From: Poseidonia sp.
GTDB taxonomy: Archaea; Thermoplasmatota; Poseidoniia; Poseidoniales; Poseidoniaceae
Direction: 5' to 3'
Length of the DNA: 64,000 nucleotides
NCBI GenBank assembly: GCA_049627345.1
Contig: JBMZXF010000005.1
Span: 2,514-66,513, forward strand
The first letter of the stretch is position 1. Every line of letters begins with the position of its first letter. Below are positions 61,057 through 64,000 of this stretch, piece after piece. The notes beneath the pieces are model-generated. The model saw nothing but the letters and a program-made list of their open reading frames with translations. It did no database searches and was not told where the DNA came from. A program made the translations under genes and the position numbers.

Positions 61057-63882
61057 TCAGACATAGACAACCGCTGGGGAGAGCGGCATGGCTGAGGCGG
61101 CTCGCCCGGTGCCATCGTCCTCGCTTTCGCCGAGCACCACATGGACCGTGCTGAGTTGAAGTTCCTCTGCAATAAAGGCGTGAGCAGCAGCAAGCACCGC
61201 CGCCTCATCGAGGGAAGAAGCGACCACGGCCTTCGAGGCATCGTCCCACTTGAACACTTGAGGCAGCATTTTCTTGCCCCAGAAGCCCATCATCTCACCT
61301 TTCCGCTCACCTTGGGCCAGCGGGAGTTCTTGGAGAACGGGAATGAACTGCTTGGGATGGCCACCGTCCTGAATAAACGCCAACGCTGCTTGAGCCATGC
61401 TTCGCTTCCATGCAGGCGAGACCACGAAGGTGGCTTCGGTCGCTGGCTGGCCCAAGTGACGCTCGGCCACCACGCGAACCTTTCGAGCCTGCTCCAGCAC
61501 GTCTCGGATGTACTGCTCACCGTCGAGCAGGGTTTGCTGGGCTTCCGACAACAAGGCAGGCATGCTCATCGTGCTGCCTGCGACAAGACCGTCGGTGTCG
61601 TCCAGTGCAGCCCACCATTCTTCGGCGAGGTGAGGCGTTGACACCGAGACCATCTGGGCCCACAATGGGAGCCAGCGGCGTGCGACGTCCACATTCTGAC
61701 CGCCCCTCCGGGTGTACCAGTTGATGTCTTTGATGATCTCATAGTGAGAGATTTCAACGGCTCGTCGCAAATCGTAGGCCTCCATGGCTTCAGCGAAATC
61801 ATGCACGCGCTGGGCGAAACGGGCCTCCAGCCAGCCGTCCAAGGGTGAGGCTGTTGCAGACCACCCCAACAGCTGCTCCGGCATGCCACGCATTTGCACC
61901 ATCACGCGATGGTTGGCGTCAAGCGCTGCGTCCGACCAGTCCATGCCGGCCGTCGGGTTGGCTGCAAAGAGAATGAACAGGCGGACGGTGTCGGCGCCGT
62001 AGCGGGCGATCATGTCCTCGGGTGAGACGGTGTTGCCCAGCGACTTGCTCATCTTGGCAGAGCGAGAACCGAGTTCACTCGCGCAATGGGGGCAAGGTTG
62101 GCCCTCATGGGCCGTGGACAAGGTGACGCCGCACGGCTGGCAGAAGGGAGCGGCTTTGTTGACCATGCCCTGGCAGAGCAGTTCGTTGAACGGCTCGTCG
62201 ATGTCAACCAGGCCGAGGTCGCGAAGCGCTTTGGTCATGAAACGGGCGTAGATGAGGTGCATCTGAGCGTGTTCAATACCACCGCAGTAAAAATCGACGT
62301 GCATCCAATGGTTGGCCACCGCCTTGGCAAAGGATTCCTCATCGTTCAAGGCGTCGGTGTAGCGCAGGAAATACCACGATGAATCGATGAACGTGTCCAT
62401 CGTATCCGTTTCTCGTTGAGCTGGTAAACCGCAACGGGGGCAATCCACGTTCAGGAAGGCCTCGGAGGTTGCCAGCGGGTTGCCCTGGCCGAACACCACA
62501 TCGCGAGGCAGTTCAACCGGAAGGTCCTGCTCGGGTACGGGGACGGGGCCGCATTCACCGCAGTGAATCACAGGAATGGGGGTGCCCCAATATCGCTGCC
62601 TGGAGATGAGCCAAGGTCGAATTTTCCAGTTGATGGTTTGGGACCCTCGTCCCGCCTTCTCCAGGGCGTCGCATACCGCTTGTTTCGCTTCCGACCCGTA
62701 GAGGCCGTCAAAACCCTCGAGCGGGCTGTTGACCATCCATCCAAGGTCAACCTCGGCTTTGTCCAAGGGTGCGTCGCCGTCGCCGCCTTCCTTCATCACC
62801 AGCACGCGCTTGATGGGGATGTCGTATTGCTTGGCGAAATCGTGGTCTCGCTCGTCGTGGGCAGGTACAGCCATCACGGCACCAGTTCCATAGGTGGCGA
62901 TGACGAAATTGCCGATCCAAATAGGGACATGTTCACCGGTCAACGGATGAATGGCGTAGCGTCCGGAAAACACACCCTTCTTCTTGTTCATGTTCTTGAT
63001 GCGGTCAAACTCCGCCATCGAAGCGACTTCGTCGTACAGGGCCCGCCAACCTGCTTCGTGCTCGGTTCCTGCGACCAAGGATTCGGCCAGCGGGTGTTCG
63101 GGAGCGAGGGTGACAAAGGTGGAACCGAACAACGTGTCGGGACGGGTGGTGAAGACTTCGATGTCCCGCTCATCGTCCACAATGCCAAAGCGGATGTTCG
63201 CGCCCTCAGAGCGGCCCAGCCAGTCTCGCTGGAGCGATTTGACGTGCTCGGGGAACCCAATCGTGTCAAGCCCGTCCTCAAGTTCTTGGCCGTAGGATGG
63301 GAGGTCAAGGAACCACTGATTCATCTCTTTCTGGGTGACGGGTCCGTTGCAGCGCCAGCAACGACCCGCTTTCACCTGCTCGTTGGCGAGCACGGTGTTG
63401 CACGAATTGCACCAATTCACGGGCGAGAACTCGCGCGTCGCCAAGCCGTTTTCCATGAACTTGGTGAAGAACCACTGGTTCCACTTGTAGTACCGGGGGT
63501 CGTGGCTCTTGAGCGTGCGTCGCCAATCGTACGAGAAGCCCATTCGCTTGATCTGTTCCGTGATGGACGCCATGTTCCGTTCGGTGATGTCGTGGGGGTG
63601 GCCGCCCTCTGAAATCGCGGCGTTCTCTGCGGGCATGCCAAAGGAGTCGAAGCCCATGGGGTAGAGCACATCAAAGCCCATCAGTCGCTTGAATCGAGCC
63701 ACGGCGTCGCCAATGGAATAATTACGAACGTGCCCCATGTGCATTTTTCCCGACGGGTATGGGTACATCTCAAGGCAGTAGAACTTGGGGCGGTCGCTGT
63801 GAATGTCAGCGTGAAACAAGCCTGCTTCGTCCCATCGCTGCTGCCACCCAACTTCGTCCACGGGTTCTGCCTCGGCTGACAT
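61057..63882 (-). CDS. leuS: Leucyl-tRNA synthetase, bacterial type
   Basis: [51 protein letters not shown] closely parallels E. coli LeuS ([20 protein letters not shown]...GWDAFGLPAE). Also [16 protein letters not shown] and KMSKSLGN. Confidence 0.95.
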   Translation of the reverse strand: [941 protein letters not shown]

Positions 63883-63929
63883 GGTTCATCACCGTCCACT
63901 GGACAACCGTGGCCACTCAACGACACGCT

Positions 63930-64000
63930 ATGAAATCCACGCCTCGGTTCGGCACGGGAGCGCCAACCTCAGACGAGGTCGTCGTGAGCGAAGTCATCGC
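63930..64000 (+). CDS. Possible 5' end of a gene running off the right edge (speculative)
   Basis: ATG at 63930, open to the window end (MKSTPRFGTGAPTSDEVVVSEVIA...), with third-position GC about 70%. Only 23 codons are visible. Confidence 0.25.
   Translation, partial: MKSTPRFGTGAPTSDEVVVSEVI

Noticed and set aside
62563-63612. A 349-aa plus-strand ORF
   Set aside because: It is antisense to LeuRS.

Overview
This window is a GC-rich (roughly 60%), very tightly packed archaeal chromosome segment. I count about 52 protein genes and one tRNA, with almost no intergenic DNA.

Archaeal markers present:
- PolD large subunit DP2, primase PriL, an Hjc-type resolvase and XerA
- chromatin protein MC1 and Sec61-beta
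- the S13-S4-S11-RpoD block
- pantoate kinase and an MptE-like kinase

These sit beside three other gene sets:
- an A-type heme-copper oxidase operon (coxB-coxA-coxC-subunit IV-SCO1)
- three giant glycoprotein-like surface proteins (1692, 1780 and about 890 aa)
- several bacterial-type genes: LeuRS, fused RibD, a PlsC-like acyltransferase and a DAG-kinase-family lipid kinase

The mix suggests an aerobic planktonic euryarchaeon of the Thermoplasmatota / Marine Group II (Poseidoniales) kind. That assignment is inference only. I saw no CRISPR array, rRNA or obvious mobile element.

Most interesting observations:
1. Every subunit of the oxidase operon is remodelled. CoxA carries an N-terminal secreted Cys-x-Cys-His domain, CoxC has His-rich extensions, CoxB has a ~100-aa insert, and SCO1 is fused to Trp-rich repeats, an EGF-like module and a membrane anchor.
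2. A small nucleoid-protein neighbourhood surrounds xerA: MC1, a helix-hairpin-helix protein with a histone-H1-like Lys/Ala tail, and a possible small basic Zn-ribbon ORF.
3. There is an archaeal homologue of the human CDIN1/C15orf41 'TPD' nuclease.
4. Bacterial-type ester-lipid genes are present.
5. All 12 convergent gene pairs overlap or abut, and 4 of them abut exactly at the palindrome TGATCA.

All family names come from motif recognition by eye and from memory. No database search was run.

The supplied ORF track misses one large gene, an Lhr-type helicase running off the left edge. It also contains many long antisense artefact ORFs typical of high-GC DNA.
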